A DNA stretch of 61,587 nt, the filler included, from Candidatus Woesearchaeota archaeon (GTDB lineage: Archaea; Nanobdellota; Nanobdellia; Woesearchaeales; BM511): NCBI GenBank assembly GCA_023266675.1. It is 4 parts of 4 records of this genome, joined end to end, with 100 filler letters (N's around TTAATTAATTAA, not from the genome) between each part and the next. Parts side by side here need not be neighbours in the genome. Positions count along the whole stretch, not along the records: positions 31,174 to 46,560 come from JAHFPP010000033.1; positions 46,661 to 61,587 come from JAHFPP010000034.1; 2 more parts are not named here. The stretch is one strand, 5' to 3'. The notes under the pieces are model-generated. The model did not search any database and was not told the origin of the DNA. It was given only the letters and a program-made list of their open reading frames with translations. Below, piece after piece: positions 38,405 through 49,781 of this stretch. Position 1 is the stretch's first letter. Each line of letters starts with the position of its first letter. Both the position numbers and the translations under genes were made by a program.

Positions 38405-39205
38405 ATGGCAGAAATCGAGTATGTCAAGGAAATTGGTAAATTTGTACAAGTTAATCACATTTTTGCTACAGCAACAGACAAGTTAGGTTTGGTAAGCAAC
38501 GTAGAAAAGGATAAAGATGGAAAAGTTATAAGAGAAATAGATGGACTGCCTGAAGATGGTTTAATAGGAGTATTATCTAGAGAAAATCCTAACGCAGTTG
38601 TTATATCAACAGGCGGAACTGCAAAACTTCTTCAAAAAGCAGGATACAAAGTTGTTGAAGTTGGTGATTATACTAAATGGCCAGAGATGTCAACTGGACT
38701 TGTAAAATCAATGCACCCTAAACTTTATGTAGGAATGCTTGCACATCCTTTTACAAAAAGCGATGCACAGTTTATGATTGAACGTGGAATTCCGTCAATT
38801 GATATGGTTCTTGCAAACTTTTATACACTTGATGTTGCAGTTGCTAAATACCCATTAGGCACCTGGCATGAAATGAATGGTGAACTAGTTTCTGCTTTTG
38901 AGATTATAAGGCAGAATATAGATGTAGGTGGACCAACAGCGGTACATACTTCAGATAAAGGTCTTTTGACAACTGCTGTTGCTACAAGGCCTTCTGATTA
39001 TGTGAGATTTGCAAATGACTTAAGAGATTTTAATGGTAGAATAAGCCTTGAGTCAAGAGTGGAAGCGATGAAAAATTGTGTAGAAGATTTATTCAGATAT
39101 CATGAATCATTGTACAAATTTACACGTGGAATTAATGCAGAAGTTGTAGAAGCAGCTTATAAAACAATACATGAGGATAATCCTGTCTTAGTAGGAGGAA
39201 GATGA
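38405..39205 (+). CDS. purH: PurH N-terminal part (IMP cyclohydrolase/MGS-like domain) as a stand-alone gene
   Basis: ISTGGTA, VKSMHPK, IDMVLANFY, NIDVGGPT; no transformylase domain; ATG after GGGGGA. Confidence 0.8.
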   Translation: MAEIEYVKEIGKFVQVNHIFATATDKLGLVSNVEKDKDGKVIREIDGLPEDGLIGVLSRENPNAVVISTGGTAKLLQKAGYKVVEVGDYTKWPEMSTGLVKSMHPKLYVGMLAHPFTKSDAQFMIERGIPSIDMVLANFYTLDVAVAKYPLGTWHEMNGELVSAFEIIRQNIDVGGPTAVHTSDKGLLTTAVATRPSDYVRFANDLRDFNGRISLESRVEAMKNCVEDLFRYHESLYKFTRGINAEVVEAAYKTIHEDNPVLVGGR

Positions 39206-40404
39206 AAATGGCAGCCAAACCTATTCAAGAAGAAAGAGCACAATATAGGACTCCAGTTGTTGAAAATTTTCCAGACAGATTAGGAGTTGTCAATTTGGAT
39301 GAATTAGCATCAAGACTTTCAGAAAGTCTTGATATTTTAGGACTAAGAGGAAAAAAGAGAAGAGAAGTTGAAACAGCAGTAAGAGATAGTGTTGTAGGCA
39401 GTTCCACTATCTTCAATAAAAACCTATCATTAAGATATGGTCAAAATCCAGGGGCTCCTGCAGCGTTTTACAAGGAGATTGGAGCAAGCGGTCCTTCAAC
39501 TGCAACTATGGAAGTTATACAAGAAGGGAAAGGACTTGGATTCATCAATATTGGGGATTTGGATTTAGGTCTTCAATTTGCAAAATCCTGTTATGATATC
39601 TCAGAAGGAAAATTAGTTGCTGCAATTGTCAAGCATGAGATGCTAAGCGGAGTTGCAAGAGGAACAAATCCTTTTGAAACATATAACAGGGCATTTTATG
39701 CTGACGATTTAAGCAATTTTGGTGGAGTTGTGGTATTATCATATGAGCCAACACCTAACATAGCAAGGGTAATTGTTGAACAAGGAAAACTTAGAAACAC
39801 AGAAGTATTAGTCGCACCAGGTTACAGTGATGAAGTCAAAGAAATACTTAAAGGCAGGAAAGATTTAAGAGTTGTTCAGATAGAAAATATGTCAAATCCA
39901 ATAATTAACAATGGAATAACTTACAAAAGAACCGATGGAGGACTTCTTGTTGAGAATAGGTTTAGCCCTAAAACAAAAACCATAGATGACCTAGATTGTA
40001 TATCTGCTACAAAGCCAACAATTAGCGACCTTTATACAGCATTATTTTTATGGCAAGCTACTGCGTATACACGATCAAACGCAGTACTAATCGGAGTAGA
40101 AGACACTGTATATGGAATAGGCTCTGGTCAAAGAAGCAGAATTGATGCAGCAGAAGATGCAATCAAACTTTCAAAAAGAGGATATGGGTACGAGGGAACT
40201 TTTATGGCATCAGACGCATTTATGCCTGCAACAGATGTTGTTGAACTTGCGAAAGAAAGCGGAGTGAGAGGAATAGTATACCCTAAGGGTTCGCTAATGG
40301 ATGATGCTGTTCTTGAAAAAGCAAATCAGTATAATTTGGTAATGCTTATTACAAGGAAGCCTGGCTCAACAGAAGGAGGAGAAAGATGTTTCTTGCATAG
40401 ATAA
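39202..40404 (+). CDS. purH: PurH C-terminal part (AICAR transformylase) as a stand-alone gene
   Basis: LRYGQNP, IVKH, RSNAV, GIGSGQRSRID, MASDAF, final FLH. Confidence 0.82.
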   Translation: MKMAAKPIQEERAQYRTPVVENFPDRLGVVNLDELASRLSESLDILGLRGKKRREVETAVRDSVVGSSTIFNKNLSLRYGQNPGAPAAFYKEIGASGPSTATMEVIQEGKGLGFINIGDLDLGLQFAKSCYDISEGKLVAAIVKHEMLSGVARGTNPFETYNRAFYADDLSNFGGVVVLSYEPTPNIARVIVEQGKLRNTEVLVAPGYSDEVKEILKGRKDLRVVQIENMSNPIINNGITYKRTDGGLLVENRFSPKTKTIDDLDCISATKPTISDLYTALFLWQATAYTRSNAVLIGVEDTVYGIGSGQRSRIDAAEDAIKLSKRGYGYEGTFMASDAFMPATDVVELAKESGVRGIVYPKGSLMDDAVLEKANQYNLVMLITRKPGSTEGGERCFLHR

Positions 40405-40540
40405 TTTTTTAATATTTTTTTCCATTATTTCTTTTATCTTTATCAAATTCTATTTTGACTCCACTCTAAAATAGTAACCTTTATAATTAAGCTGTTTCTT
40501 TGAGAGACTAATTCATTATTTCGAGGGGTTAATTATTCAA

Positions 40541-43500
40541 TTGCACACAATAGAAGTTGTAGGTAAACCTTTACCAAGTTCAAAGACAGTAATTTCTGAT
40601 TTAGAGCATAAACTAATGCAGCTTGGTATTAATGCTCCTGCAGTAAAAAAAACTGCACTTTATACTGTTACTGGAAATAAGAAACTTGAAAAAAGACTGT
40701 CAGATGTTGCTTCTTTAGTACATCACGATTTTACTGAAAAAGCACTGATAGATAAAGAAATTGAAGCAGCAGATTGGGATTTTGCCATAAAAGTTGACAA
40801 AAAACCAGGAGTAACAGACAATCCCGCAAGAGTGCTGCAGAGATCTTTGCCAAAAAAACTTAAATTGCAGGCATACAGTTCTGATGTATATTACATAAAA
40901 GGAGATTTAAGCGGTATAGATATTGAGCAGTTAAAAAGAGTTTATTCAAATCCACAAATAAATGACGTAACAATATTATCAAGAAACGAATTTTTGGATA
41001 ACAACGGATTTGAAAAAAAAATCCATCCTGTACTCTTGGGCAACAGGCCTGATTATTTCTGGTTAAATCTTTCTCAAATGGATGAAGCAGAGCTTGAAAA
41101 AACAGGCAGGCTTGGAACATTAAACCTTAAATTTGTAAAAGGACTGACTACTGAAGAAACTGACAAAATTAGAGGAGGCACACTTGCACTTGTCAACAAA
41201 AATTATGGCCTTGATTATATGCATGCTATACAGGCATATTCTGAAAGTAAATTAAACACAAAAATCGGAAGAAAAAAAGGAAAGATTACTGATACTGAAC
41301 TTGAAGTATTGGCGCAGATGTGGAGCGAACACTGCAGACATTCATTATTCAACGCATCAGTACCTGAAAGCAAAGAAGGAATATTCTCACACTACATAAA
41401 AAATCCAACACTTGAAGTTTTAGCAAAAAAACCTCACCTTGGAGTTTCAATATTCAAAGACAATTCAGGAGTTTTCTCATTCAACGAAAAATGGAATATA
41501 TGCATCAAAAACGAAACCCACAACAGCCCGTCTGCGCTTGATCCATACGGAGGCGCAATAACAGGAATAGTTGGCGTCAACCGTGACCCAATGGGAACAG
41601 GAATGGGAGCTGAGGTCATCTTAAATTTTTGGTCAAATTTTGTCGGACTTCAGAACAATAATCAATCATTTTACAAAAGCAAGTCGAGTGACGGAACATT
41701 ATCTGGACTTATATTAAATCCTCTTCAAATACAGACAGGAACTTCAAAAGGAGTAGAAGACGGCGGAAACCAAATGGGCATTCCTATCTTACTTGCAGAT
41801 TTTAATTATAATGAAAGAAACAATGGAAAACCAACTGTTGTAGTAGGAAGCGTTGGCAGAATGCCAAAAACTGTTAATGGAATCGAATCCTACAAAAAAC
41901 ACATTGATGTCGGGGACAAATTATACATAATAGGCGGACGCGCAGGAATGGACGGCATTCATGGCGCAACATTTTCATCAGAAGGATTAACATCAAACAG
42001 CCCTGCAACAGCTGTTCAGATTGGAGACCCATACACTCAAAGAAAACTCAGTGAAGCGCTTTTAGAATTAAGGGATAAAGGATATATCAAGTTCGTGACC
42101 GACCTTGGCGCAGGCGGCGTTGCATGCGCATCACTTGAAATGGCTGAAGAGACAGGCGGCCTTGAAATGAATCTTGACAAATTACTGTTTAAGTATCCAG
42201 GTATGACAGCAACTGAAGCACTTCTTAATGAATCGCAGGAAAGAATGGCAATTGCTATTGACAAAAAACATAGAAAAAAAATAGAAAAAATACTCAAAAA
42301 ACATGATGTTGAATTTTCAGATGTAGGGATATTTACAGATTCAGGAAGAGCAGAAATATCATACAAAGGAGACACAGTTGTTAATCTGGACATGGATTTT
42401 ATACATCACGGCTTTCCAAAAAGAGAATTGAAACCAGCAGAATACAGGATGTCTGATGCAGAAATTAAAACTATAAACGACGGTTTGGATTTAAGCTTAA
42501 AAAAAGCAAGAAGGTCAAAAAACTATACATTAAAAACTTTCAAAGAAATGATAGCGCGGTCAAATCTTGGCTCTGTTGCACCACACCTTGACAGAATGGA
42601 CTCAACAGTTAAAGGTTTAAGCGTTCAGCACTGCATACAAGGAAAAGGTCGCGTCTCAACAAAAGCCTGCGCATTTGTTCCAGATACAAGTTCAAGCGAA
42701 GGATTAATACTATCATATGGACATGCAGAAAGGCAGTCCTATATTGATTCAGAACAGATGGGGATTAATTCATTTCTTCGAAGCATAGGAAACAATATTG
42801 CAATGGGAGGACGCCTGGATTACATGATTGGAACAGACCAGTTTGTATGGCAGAAAAGTGACGACCCGAAATACCAGCAGATGTTAATTGAGGCAAACAG
42901 AGGCATGGCTAGTGTCATACGAGGATTTGAAGTTCCAGTTATCTCAGGAAAAGATTCAATGTACAACCAGGCAACTGTCTATGACAAGAATGGAAACAAG
43001 ATTGAAAGAGGAGTTTTCCCAATGCTTTTCATGACAACAATCGCTAAGATTGATGATGTTAGCAAAATAGTAACTGCTGACGTAAAGCAGAAAGGAGATT
43101 TAATATATGTTGTTGGCGCAAAAACAAAAGCAGACATGGGAGGCTCTGAATTCAACAACATGTGGTCAGAAAAAGACGGCATTGAATACCATGTAGGAAA
43201 TGTCAGCAGGGAAAAATCTGAAGATGTTCTTGACACATATAAACGAATGAACGTAGCACAATTAAACGGACTTCTTCAGTCTGCACAGTATATTGGAGAC
43301 GGAGGACTAGCACTAGCGCTTAAAGATGCAGCAGTTGCAGGAATGAAAGGAATTGAAGCGGATTTTTCAAAAGTCCATAAAGACAATTCCATCACTAATA
43401 ACGATGAACTGATGTACTCAGTTACAGAGGGAAGATTCTTAGTCACAGTAAAAGCAGAGAATAAAGACCAATTTGAAAAGATGTTCAAAAACAAAATAAG

Positions 43501-43612
43501 CAGGATAGGCATTGTGAACGGAAAAGAAAGCCTCACTTTTAAGGATGGAAGAGATGAACTGATGGATGTCTCATTAAAGGAAATGGTAGAATCATATCAT
43601 GGGATGAATTAA
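40541..43612 (+). CDS. purL: FGAM synthase synthetase subunit with fused N-terminal PurS-like region
   Basis: QMWSEHCRH, ETHNSPS, DGIHGATFSS, DLGAGG, ESQERM, ISGKDS. Confidence 0.93.
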   Translation: MHTIEVVGKPLPSSKTVISDLEHKLMQLGINAPAVKKTALYTVTGNKKLEKRLSDVASLVHHDFTEKALIDKEIEAADWDFAIKVDKKPGVTDNPARVLQRSLPKKLKLQAYSSDVYYIKGDLSGIDIEQLKRVYSNPQINDVTILSRNEFLDNNGFEKKIHPVLLGNRPDYFWLNLSQMDEAELEKTGRLGTLNLKFVKGLTTEETDKIRGGTLALVNKNYGLDYMHAIQAYSESKLNTKIGRKKGKITDTELEVLAQMWSEHCRHSLFNASVPESKEGIFSHYIKNPTLEVLAKKPHLGVSIFKDNSGVFSFNEKWNICIKNETHNSPSALDPYGGAITGIVGVNRDPMGTGMGAEVILNFWSNFVGLQNNNQSFYKSKSSDGTLSGLILNPLQIQTGTSKGVEDGGNQMGIPILLADFNYNERNNGKPTVVVGSVGRMPKTVNGIESYKKHIDVGDKLYIIGGRAGMDGIHGATFSSEGLTSNSPATAVQIGDPYTQRKLSEALLELRDKGYIKFVTDLGAGGVACASLEMAEETGGLEMNLDKLLFKYPGMTATEALLNESQERMAIAIDKKHRKKIEKILKKHDVEFSDVGIFTDSGRAEISYKGDTVVNLDMDFIHHGFPKRELKPAEYRMSDAEIKTINDGLDLSLKKARRSKNYTLKTFKEMIARSNLGSVAPHLDRMDSTVKGLSVQHCIQGKGRVSTKACAFVPDTSSSEGLILSYGHAERQSYIDSEQMGINSFLRSIGNNIAMGGRLDYMIGTDQFVWQKSDDPKYQQMLIEANRGMASVIRGFEVPVISGKDSMYNQATVYDKNGNKIERGVFPMLFMTTIAKIDDVSKIVTADVKQKGDLIYVVGAKTKADMGGSEFNNMWSEKDGIEYHVGNVSREKSEDVLDTYKRMNVAQLNGLLQSAQYIGDGGLALALKDAAVAGMKGIEADFSKVHKDNSITNNDELMYSVTEGRFLVTVKAENKDQFEKMFKNKISRIGIVNGKESLTFKDGRDELMDVSLKEMVESYHGMN

Positions 43613-43613
43613 A

Positions 43614-44450
43614 ATGAAAAAAGAATTAGACTTAATAAGACCAAAAGTGCTTATAGCAACAGGATGGGGATTCAATTCACACGAAGAACTCGGATACTGC
43701 TTTAATCTTGCAGGCGCAGACACAGATTTTATTCATCTGTCAAAAATTCTTGAAAAACCAAAAATTCTAGACAAATATAATGGACTTGGTCTTCCAGGAG
43801 GATTTAGCGGTGGAGACCATCTTGGTGCAGGACAATTTGTAGCCAATATGATAAATCAATCTCCTAAAGGAAGATCTAAACTTGAAGAAAAAGTCAATGA
43901 TGAAAATTTTCCGATAATTGAAGTCTGCAACTCAGCGCAGATATCATCAAAGTTAGGATTGTATCCAGTTGAAGTTGGAACTGTGCAAAATGATGTTGGA
44001 AAACACCAGACACAATACTGGGATTTAAGCATTGATAAAGATTGCAGTTCTGTCTGGTTAAATGAGCTAAGAAAAACAACAGAGCCAATATTTGCACCAA
44101 TTTCTCACGGCGAAGGTAGATTTCACTTAACTGAAGAAGGACTGGCAAAAGCAAAAGAGATAGGGATGATTGCGCTTAGATATTCATCCAATGGCGCAAT
44201 GAGTGAATATTTCAAACATGTCAGAAACGGTGTTTACAATCCAAACGGCTCAGTTGATGATATTGCAGGATTCTCATGGAAAAATAATTTAGCACTCTTC
44301 CCACACTTTGAAAGATTGCATAAAAATTCTCAACGACCAGATAAATATGAAGCTAAAGAAAGAGGAGTCAATCTACATGCAAATTATGAGCCAACAGTAC
44401 TTCTTTTTAAAGGCGCAGTTGATTATATGAAAACGCAGATGCGAAGGTGA
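43614..44450 (+). CDS. purQ: FGAM synthase glutaminase subunit
   Basis: PGGFSGGD, VCNSAQ, SHGEG, NPNGS, PHFER. Confidence 0.92.
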   Translation: MKKELDLIRPKVLIATGWGFNSHEELGYCFNLAGADTDFIHLSKILEKPKILDKYNGLGLPGGFSGGDHLGAGQFVANMINQSPKGRSKLEEKVNDENFPIIEVCNSAQISSKLGLYPVEVGTVQNDVGKHQTQYWDLSIDKDCSSVWLNELRKTTEPIFAPISHGEGRFHLTEEGLAKAKEIGMIALRYSSNGAMSEYFKHVRNGVYNPNGSVDDIAGFSWKNNLALFPHFERLHKNSQRPDKYEAKERGVNLHANYEPTVLLFKGAVDYMKTQMRR

Positions 44451-44457
44451 AAATAAT

Positions 44458-45762
44458 ATGAGAAGACCAATTTTAGTAATCGGTTCTGGTGCAAGAGAGC
44501 ATCAGATAGCAATGATGTATCAAAAATCAGGATATAAAGTAGTTGTTAGTCCAGGTAATCAAGGTATGACTCTAGATGATATTCAAATATATCCCGGAAC
44601 TTCACTCAAAGACGCAAATTCATTTTTGAATGCAGCAAAAGAACTAAATCCGGAATTAGTTGATGTTGCGCAGGATGATGCGCTTGCTGCAGGAACAGTT
44701 GACTTATTATCAAAAGAATTCTTTGTATTTGGCCCTACAAAAGAGGCCGCGCAAATTGAATCAGGAAAAATATGGTCAAGAGAAAAACAAGTCAAATACG
44801 GAATATCAACACCAGAATTTGAGGCATTTGAAAGAGAAAACAGCACTTCTGCCATAGACTACGCATTTCATCTGTTAAGAACTAATGAAACAGTCTTTTT
44901 TAAAGCAGATGGTCTTTATGCAGGCAAAGGAGTCATACCAGCTAGAAATGAAAAAGACATAGAATTCGCTTTACATGAAATTAATAAAATGGGAGACGCT
45001 TCAAAAAGATTCTTAGTTGAAGCAGGAATGGTTGGTGAAGAATTCTCGTTCTATGTTATGTGTGACGGAAAAAATTATTTGACATTTAAATCAGCACAAG
45101 ACAATAAACGAGTATGGAATGGAGATAACGGACCAAATACAGGAGGCATGGGAACAAATTCTCCTGCACTTGTAACAACAGGAATTGAAGATATTATCAC
45201 TAAAACTATAATTGAACCATTAATCAATGGACTATCAAACGATGGCATAGAATATAAAGGAATAATATATTTTGGTGGAATGAAATTAACTGATGGATCA
45301 GTTGGTGTAGTGGAGTTTAATTCCAGATGGGGAGACCCTGAATCTCAGGTTGTTTTGCCATCAATACAAAATCAATATATGGAGCTTGCTTCTCATGCAA
45401 TTGACGGCACATTAAATGAAGTGCAGTTAAGGCAGGATAATCTTTCAAGAGTATGTGTTGTTGGAGCATCATCAGGATACCCAGGTGATTACGCAAAAGG
45501 AAAAGAGATTTTTGTTGACAAACAAGGATTTCCAAAAGATGCATATTTTCTAAGCGCGGGAATAAATGTAAAAGACAACAGAATGTTTACTAATGGAGGA
45601 CGTGTGTTTAATATTATTGGTGTTGGAGAAGATGTAATTAAAGCAAGACAAAATGCGATGCAGGGAATGGCATGTGTCACAATTGAAGGTAACGGACTTC
45701 ACTACAGAACAGACATCGCATGGCGGGATGTTCAAAGAGTGCAGCAGCAAAACTATAAATAA
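44458..45762 (+). CDS. purD: Phosphoribosylamine-glycine ligase
   Basis: IGSGAREH, KADGLYAGKGV, GPNTGGMG, EFNSRWGDPE, YRTDI. Confidence 0.95.
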   Translation: MRRPILVIGSGAREHQIAMMYQKSGYKVVVSPGNQGMTLDDIQIYPGTSLKDANSFLNAAKELNPELVDVAQDDALAAGTVDLLSKEFFVFGPTKEAAQIESGKIWSREKQVKYGISTPEFEAFERENSTSAIDYAFHLLRTNETVFFKADGLYAGKGVIPARNEKDIEFALHEINKMGDASKRFLVEAGMVGEEFSFYVMCDGKNYLTFKSAQDNKRVWNGDNGPNTGGMGTNSPALVTTGIEDIITKTIIEPLINGLSNDGIEYKGIIYFGGMKLTDGSVGVVEFNSRWGDPESQVVLPSIQNQYMELASHAIDGTLNEVQLRQDNLSRVCVVGASSGYPGDYAKGKEIFVDKQGFPKDAYFLSAGINVKDNRMFTNGGRVFNIIGVGEDVIKARQNAMQGMACVTIEGNGLHYRTDIAWRDVQRVQQQNYK

Positions 45763-45779
45763 AATTTATATACAAAAAA

Positions 45780-46560
45780 ATGGAAGAACAAATTATTCCT
45801 ATATATTCAGGAACAAATATTAATTGGGCAGGAGCTGGCTCAGGAAGCGGAACAAATCTTGAAGCTTGTGCAGATAAAGTAAAACCTCCATGCGTAATTT
45901 TTTCTGATAAAAATCCATATGACCCACTAACTGGAAAAGGAGCAAAGGTAGCTGAAACTGATCCAAAAAAATTAAAGGAATATAATTTAGAACATTTAAT
46001 TGGAGTGCCAAGATTAATTCTAAACGGATTTGAATTATGTGGTTCATGGGAAAAAGCAAAAGGCAATCCTGCAGCAGAAGCAGAGTACATGAAAAAAAGC
46101 TTAGTATTCAACCAAATGATTGTTGATGAATTGCACAGATTCGAAGACAAACAAGGATTTGGAATTGACTTAATTATCCTTGGCGGTTATATGAGACTTA
46201 TTCTTGAGCCGCTATTAAAAGCATTTCCTGACAAAATGGTAAATGTGCATCCGTCAACATTGGAATACGCAGCAAATACTCCTCCTTCAAATAGAAAACT
46301 TACCGGGGATGATGCAGTCTATGATGCTGTAAAAGCAGGAGAATTATTTACAAGAAGTTCTGTTATAATAGTTGATGAAAAACCTGATCACGGAGAAATA
46401 TTGACTCAGGGAAGAGATGTTAATGTAAAACCACAATATTCTATAATAAAATCATATGGTCATTTATATGTTAAAAAATTCGTAAGTGAACATCAAGAAG
46501 AGCAAAAGAAAAAAAGTGACTGGCCAGCACTAACAACAGCATTAAAATTAATCTCAGAAG
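45780..46560 (+). CDS. purN: GAR transformylase (folate-dependent), 3' truncated
   Basis: SGSGTN, LGGYMRL, NVHP, VDEKPDHGEI. Confidence 0.82.
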
Positions 46561-46660
46561 NNNNNNNNNNNNNNNNNNNNNNNNNNNNNNNNNNNNNNNN
46601 NNNNTTAATTAATTAANNNNNNNNNNNNNNNNNNNNNNNNNNNNNNNNNNNNNNNNNNNN
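46561..46660. other. Artificial contig linker
   Basis: N44-TTAATTAATTAA-N44. Confidence 0.98.
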
Positions 46661-47482
46661 GTAATCCTCTTTTGTAGCGCCGTCAAGCTTTACTGCGAGG
46701 ACGTTTTCTGATATGCTGCAAAGCTCTGAGAAAAGTGATTCCTTGTAGACTCCATCTTTGTACACAAGTCCAAAATATGCGTCATCAACAAGAACAATAA
46801 TTTTCTTTCCTGCGTCGCTGGCTTCCTTAATTACTGATATTATTTTTGGCGCTTCATCTACCATTGGTGTGTAGCCTGTCGGATTGTTTGGAAAATTTAA
46901 AAGAAGAATCTTTTTTTCGCCACTTGATAAAAGTTTACTCCTCATTCCTTCAATGTTAAATTCTGATTTCTTGAATAATGGAAATGTCTGTATTTTTGCG
47001 CCATATGCGTTTTCAAATAACAAATCATAATTTTCCCAGTATGGGTCAGGAATTATTATCTTGTCATTTTTGTCGCAGAACATGTAGCCGCATATTGAAA
47101 GCCCGTGTGTAAGCGCTGCGCTAACAACCGGCATTGAGATATCTTTTCCCTGAAGAGTTGGATTTTTTTGAAACATCATCTCTTTCCAGACTTTTCGAAG
47201 CTCAGGATTTCCGTATGACGGCGCGTAGTCAAACACTTCTTTTTTTGAAAGCGATACATTTTTTGAGATTGTTGACAACACCAGCGGCGAACCGTCGTCT
47301 TCAAGCGCGACACCGACTGTTGCGTTTATCTCTTTACCTTTAGCTTCAGCGCCCTGCGATAATATCCCTTTTTTTGGAAAGTATATTGCTTTTCCTTTGT
47401 CTGACAGCATATTATAAACATTAACATTGATTTTCTTTATTGACTCGTTTAGTTTTTCTGATTCCTCATTCATAATCAGCAC
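46661..47482 (-). CDS. Class I/II PLP aminotransferase, 3' truncated
   Basis: NFPNNPTGY, DDAY, DGATKE. Confidence 0.88.
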
Positions 47483-47589
47483 CCCACTTTAACACTGATG
47501 TTTAAAAAAATAAAACAGATATTAAAGCTTTTGGTATTGTTAAGAATATTTACAAAAGATATTTAAAATTAGACAAATAATGGTTTTAT

Positions 47590-48015
47590 ATGAAGCCAAT
47601 AAAACGCGCTATTGCTTACGTGATTTACAATAATGATCATTCAAAAATCTTAATTGTACAGCGCCCTCATGATGATGAAAATTTGCCTGATGTGTGGGGA
47701 CTTCCGGCAGGTTCTGTAAAAGATGATGAATCTCTTGAAGAATGTTTAATTCGCTCTGGAAGAGAAAAATTAGGTGTTGAATTAAAACTTGTTAATCTTA
47801 TTGGAAAGAATAATATTGAGCGCAAAAACTATATTTTGCATATGGACGATTACGAAGCTAAAATTATAAGTGGTGAACCCAAAGTACCTCAACAAATTCA
47901 AGGCATAACTCAATATCAACAATGGAAGTGGGGGGTTAGTTCTGATTTAAGAGATGCTGCGAATAAAGGTTCTCTTTGTTCTCAAATTTATTTAAGCAGT
48001 GTAAATAAAAGATGA
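47590..48015 (+). CDS. NUDIX hydrolase
   Basis: WGLPAG...ESLEECLIRSGREKLG degenerate Nudix box. Confidence 0.8.
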   Translation: MKPIKRAIAYVIYNNDHSKILIVQRPHDDENLPDVWGLPAGSVKDDESLEECLIRSGREKLGVELKLVNLIGKNNIERKNYILHMDDYEAKIISGEPKVPQQIQGITQYQQWKWGVSSDLRDAANKGSLCSQIYLSSVNKR

Positions 48016-48070
48016 TAAATCTTTTTTGATAAAGGAAGGTTTATAAATTCTTTTCAGCATTTCATTTTTT

Positions 48071-48748
48071 ATGAAAATAAAAAAGATTTCAAGCGGTGCC
48101 CCTAAGCTTGATTTGTTCCTTGACGGCGGGTTTGAAAGCGATGTTATAACTACAATTTACGGCCCTGCAGGGAGTGGAAAAACGCTTTTTTGCATTCTTG
48201 CGTCAATTGAAGCCGTTAAAGAAGGCAAAAAGGTGATATATATAGACACCGAAGGTGGTTTTAGCTTTGAACGTTTTAAGCAGATTGACGATGACTATGA
48301 CCTTATTTTAAAACACATAATTTTCTTAAAACCAACAAACTTTGAAGAGCAAAAAGATGTTTTTGAAAAACTTAGGGAACTCTCCACAAAAGATATCGGC
48401 CTTGTAATCGTTGACTCGATTTCCATGCTTTACAGAATTGAGATGGGGAAAGGGGAAGGCGTGTATAACACCAACAAGGAGCTTGGCCTTCAGATTTCAT
48501 ATCTTTCAGAGATTGCAAGAAAGAAAAGTATTCCGATATTGTTAACAAACCAAGTGTATGCTGATTTTGAAATAAAAAACAAGGTTAAGATGGTTGGCGG
48601 TGACCTGTTAAAATACGGAAGCAAATGCTTAATTGAACTGATAAAGGAGAATGGAAAAAGAAAGATACACTTAATCAAGCACCGCTCAATCAAAGAAGGA
48701 AAAGAAGTAGAGTTTGAAATAGTGCACAAAGGCGTTGATATAAAATGA
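48071..48748 (+). CDS. radB: DNA repair protein RadB
   Basis: GPAGSGKT, YIDTEGG, TNQVY and the KHR motif of RadB. Confidence 0.92.
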   Translation: MKIKKISSGAPKLDLFLDGGFESDVITTIYGPAGSGKTLFCILASIEAVKEGKKVIYIDTEGGFSFERFKQIDDDYDLILKHIIFLKPTNFEEQKDVFEKLRELSTKDIGLVIVDSISMLYRIEMGKGEGVYNTNKELGLQISYLSEIARKKSIPILLTNQVYADFEIKNKVKMVGGDLLKYGSKCLIELIKENGKRKIHLIKHRSIKEGKEVEFEIVHKGVDIK

Positions 48749-49248
48749 AGCTTTTGTGCGAAATAAAAAATAAAAGTAAATTAAGTGACAACAAGAAAAT
48801 TAGATATAAAATTAGAAGAGCTGCAAGAGCTATAATTTTCAATAAAAATAAAGTACCGATATTGTATGTTTCTAAATATGAATATTATAAATTACCTGGC
48901 GGAGGTTTAAACCATGGTGAGAGTATAAAAGATGGTTTATCAAGAGAGATAATGGAAGAGACTGGATGCACTGCTAAAATTAAGAAAGAAGTTGGAAGAA
49001 TTATAGAGTATAGAAGTAAAATTAAACTAAAACAAACATCATATTGCTTTATAGGAAAAATTGATAAAATAAATAAAAAGCAAGATTTTACAGATAAAGA
49101 GAAATCAGATGGATTTAAATTGATATGGATTACTTTGAACAAAGCAATAAAATTAGTAGAAAAAAGCAGACCTAGTGATTATTCTGGAAGATTTATTGTT
49201 AAAAGAGATTTAATATTCTTAAAAAAAGCAAGAGAGATGTTAAAATGA
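48745..49248 (+). CDS. NUDIX hydrolase
   Basis: LPGGG...REIMEETG. Confidence 0.88.
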   Translation: MKLLCEIKNKSKLSDNKKIRYKIRRAARAIIFNKNKVPILYVSKYEYYKLPGGGLNHGESIKDGLSREIMEETGCTAKIKKEVGRIIEYRSKIKLKQTSYCFIGKIDKINKKQDFTDKEKSDGFKLIWITLNKAIKLVEKSRPSDYSGRFIVKRDLIFLKKAREMLK

Positions 49249-49781
49249 ACAAAACAATAAGTGATGTTAAGAAAATAATTCTTGAATTGTCTGAGAGCAG
49301 AGGGGTTAAGAAAGGCCATATAATCAATGTTGTTAAATATTCTTTATTCTTGGCAAAAAAACTGAAAGCTGACAGGGAGATATGCGAGATTGCCGCGTGG
49401 CTTCATGATATTGACAAGCTTAAGGGAGGAAAGGAAGGACATCACATTAGGGGCGCCAAAGATGCAGAAGAAATTTTAACAAAACTCAAGTATCCCAAAG
49501 ACAAGATAAAAAAAGTCTGCTACTGCATACTCACACATTCATCAGACAAGAATTATCTTCCAAAGACTCTTGAAGCCAAAATTGTAGCATCTGCTGACGC
49601 GCTTGCGCATTTTGATGATTTCTTGGAAATAGTTTATTTCTATTACAATAGAGGATTAACAATAGATGAGACAAGAGACAGGATTTTAAAGAAAGCCGAC
49701 AAAAGTTTTAACAAGATGATGCCTTACGCAAAAAAGCTGGCAAAGAAAAGGTACGATGCGATAAAGATATTGTTGAAATGA
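49245..49781 (+). CDS. HD-domain protein
   Basis: WLHDI, HH, ASADA. Confidence 0.85.
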   Translation: MNKTISDVKKIILELSESRGVKKGHIINVVKYSLFLAKKLKADREICEIAAWLHDIDKLKGGKEGHHIRGAKDAEEILTKLKYPKDKIKKVCYCILTHSSDKNYLPKTLEAKIVASADALAHFDDFLEIVYFYYNRGLTIDETRDRILKKADKSFNKMMPYAKKLAKKRYDAIKILLK

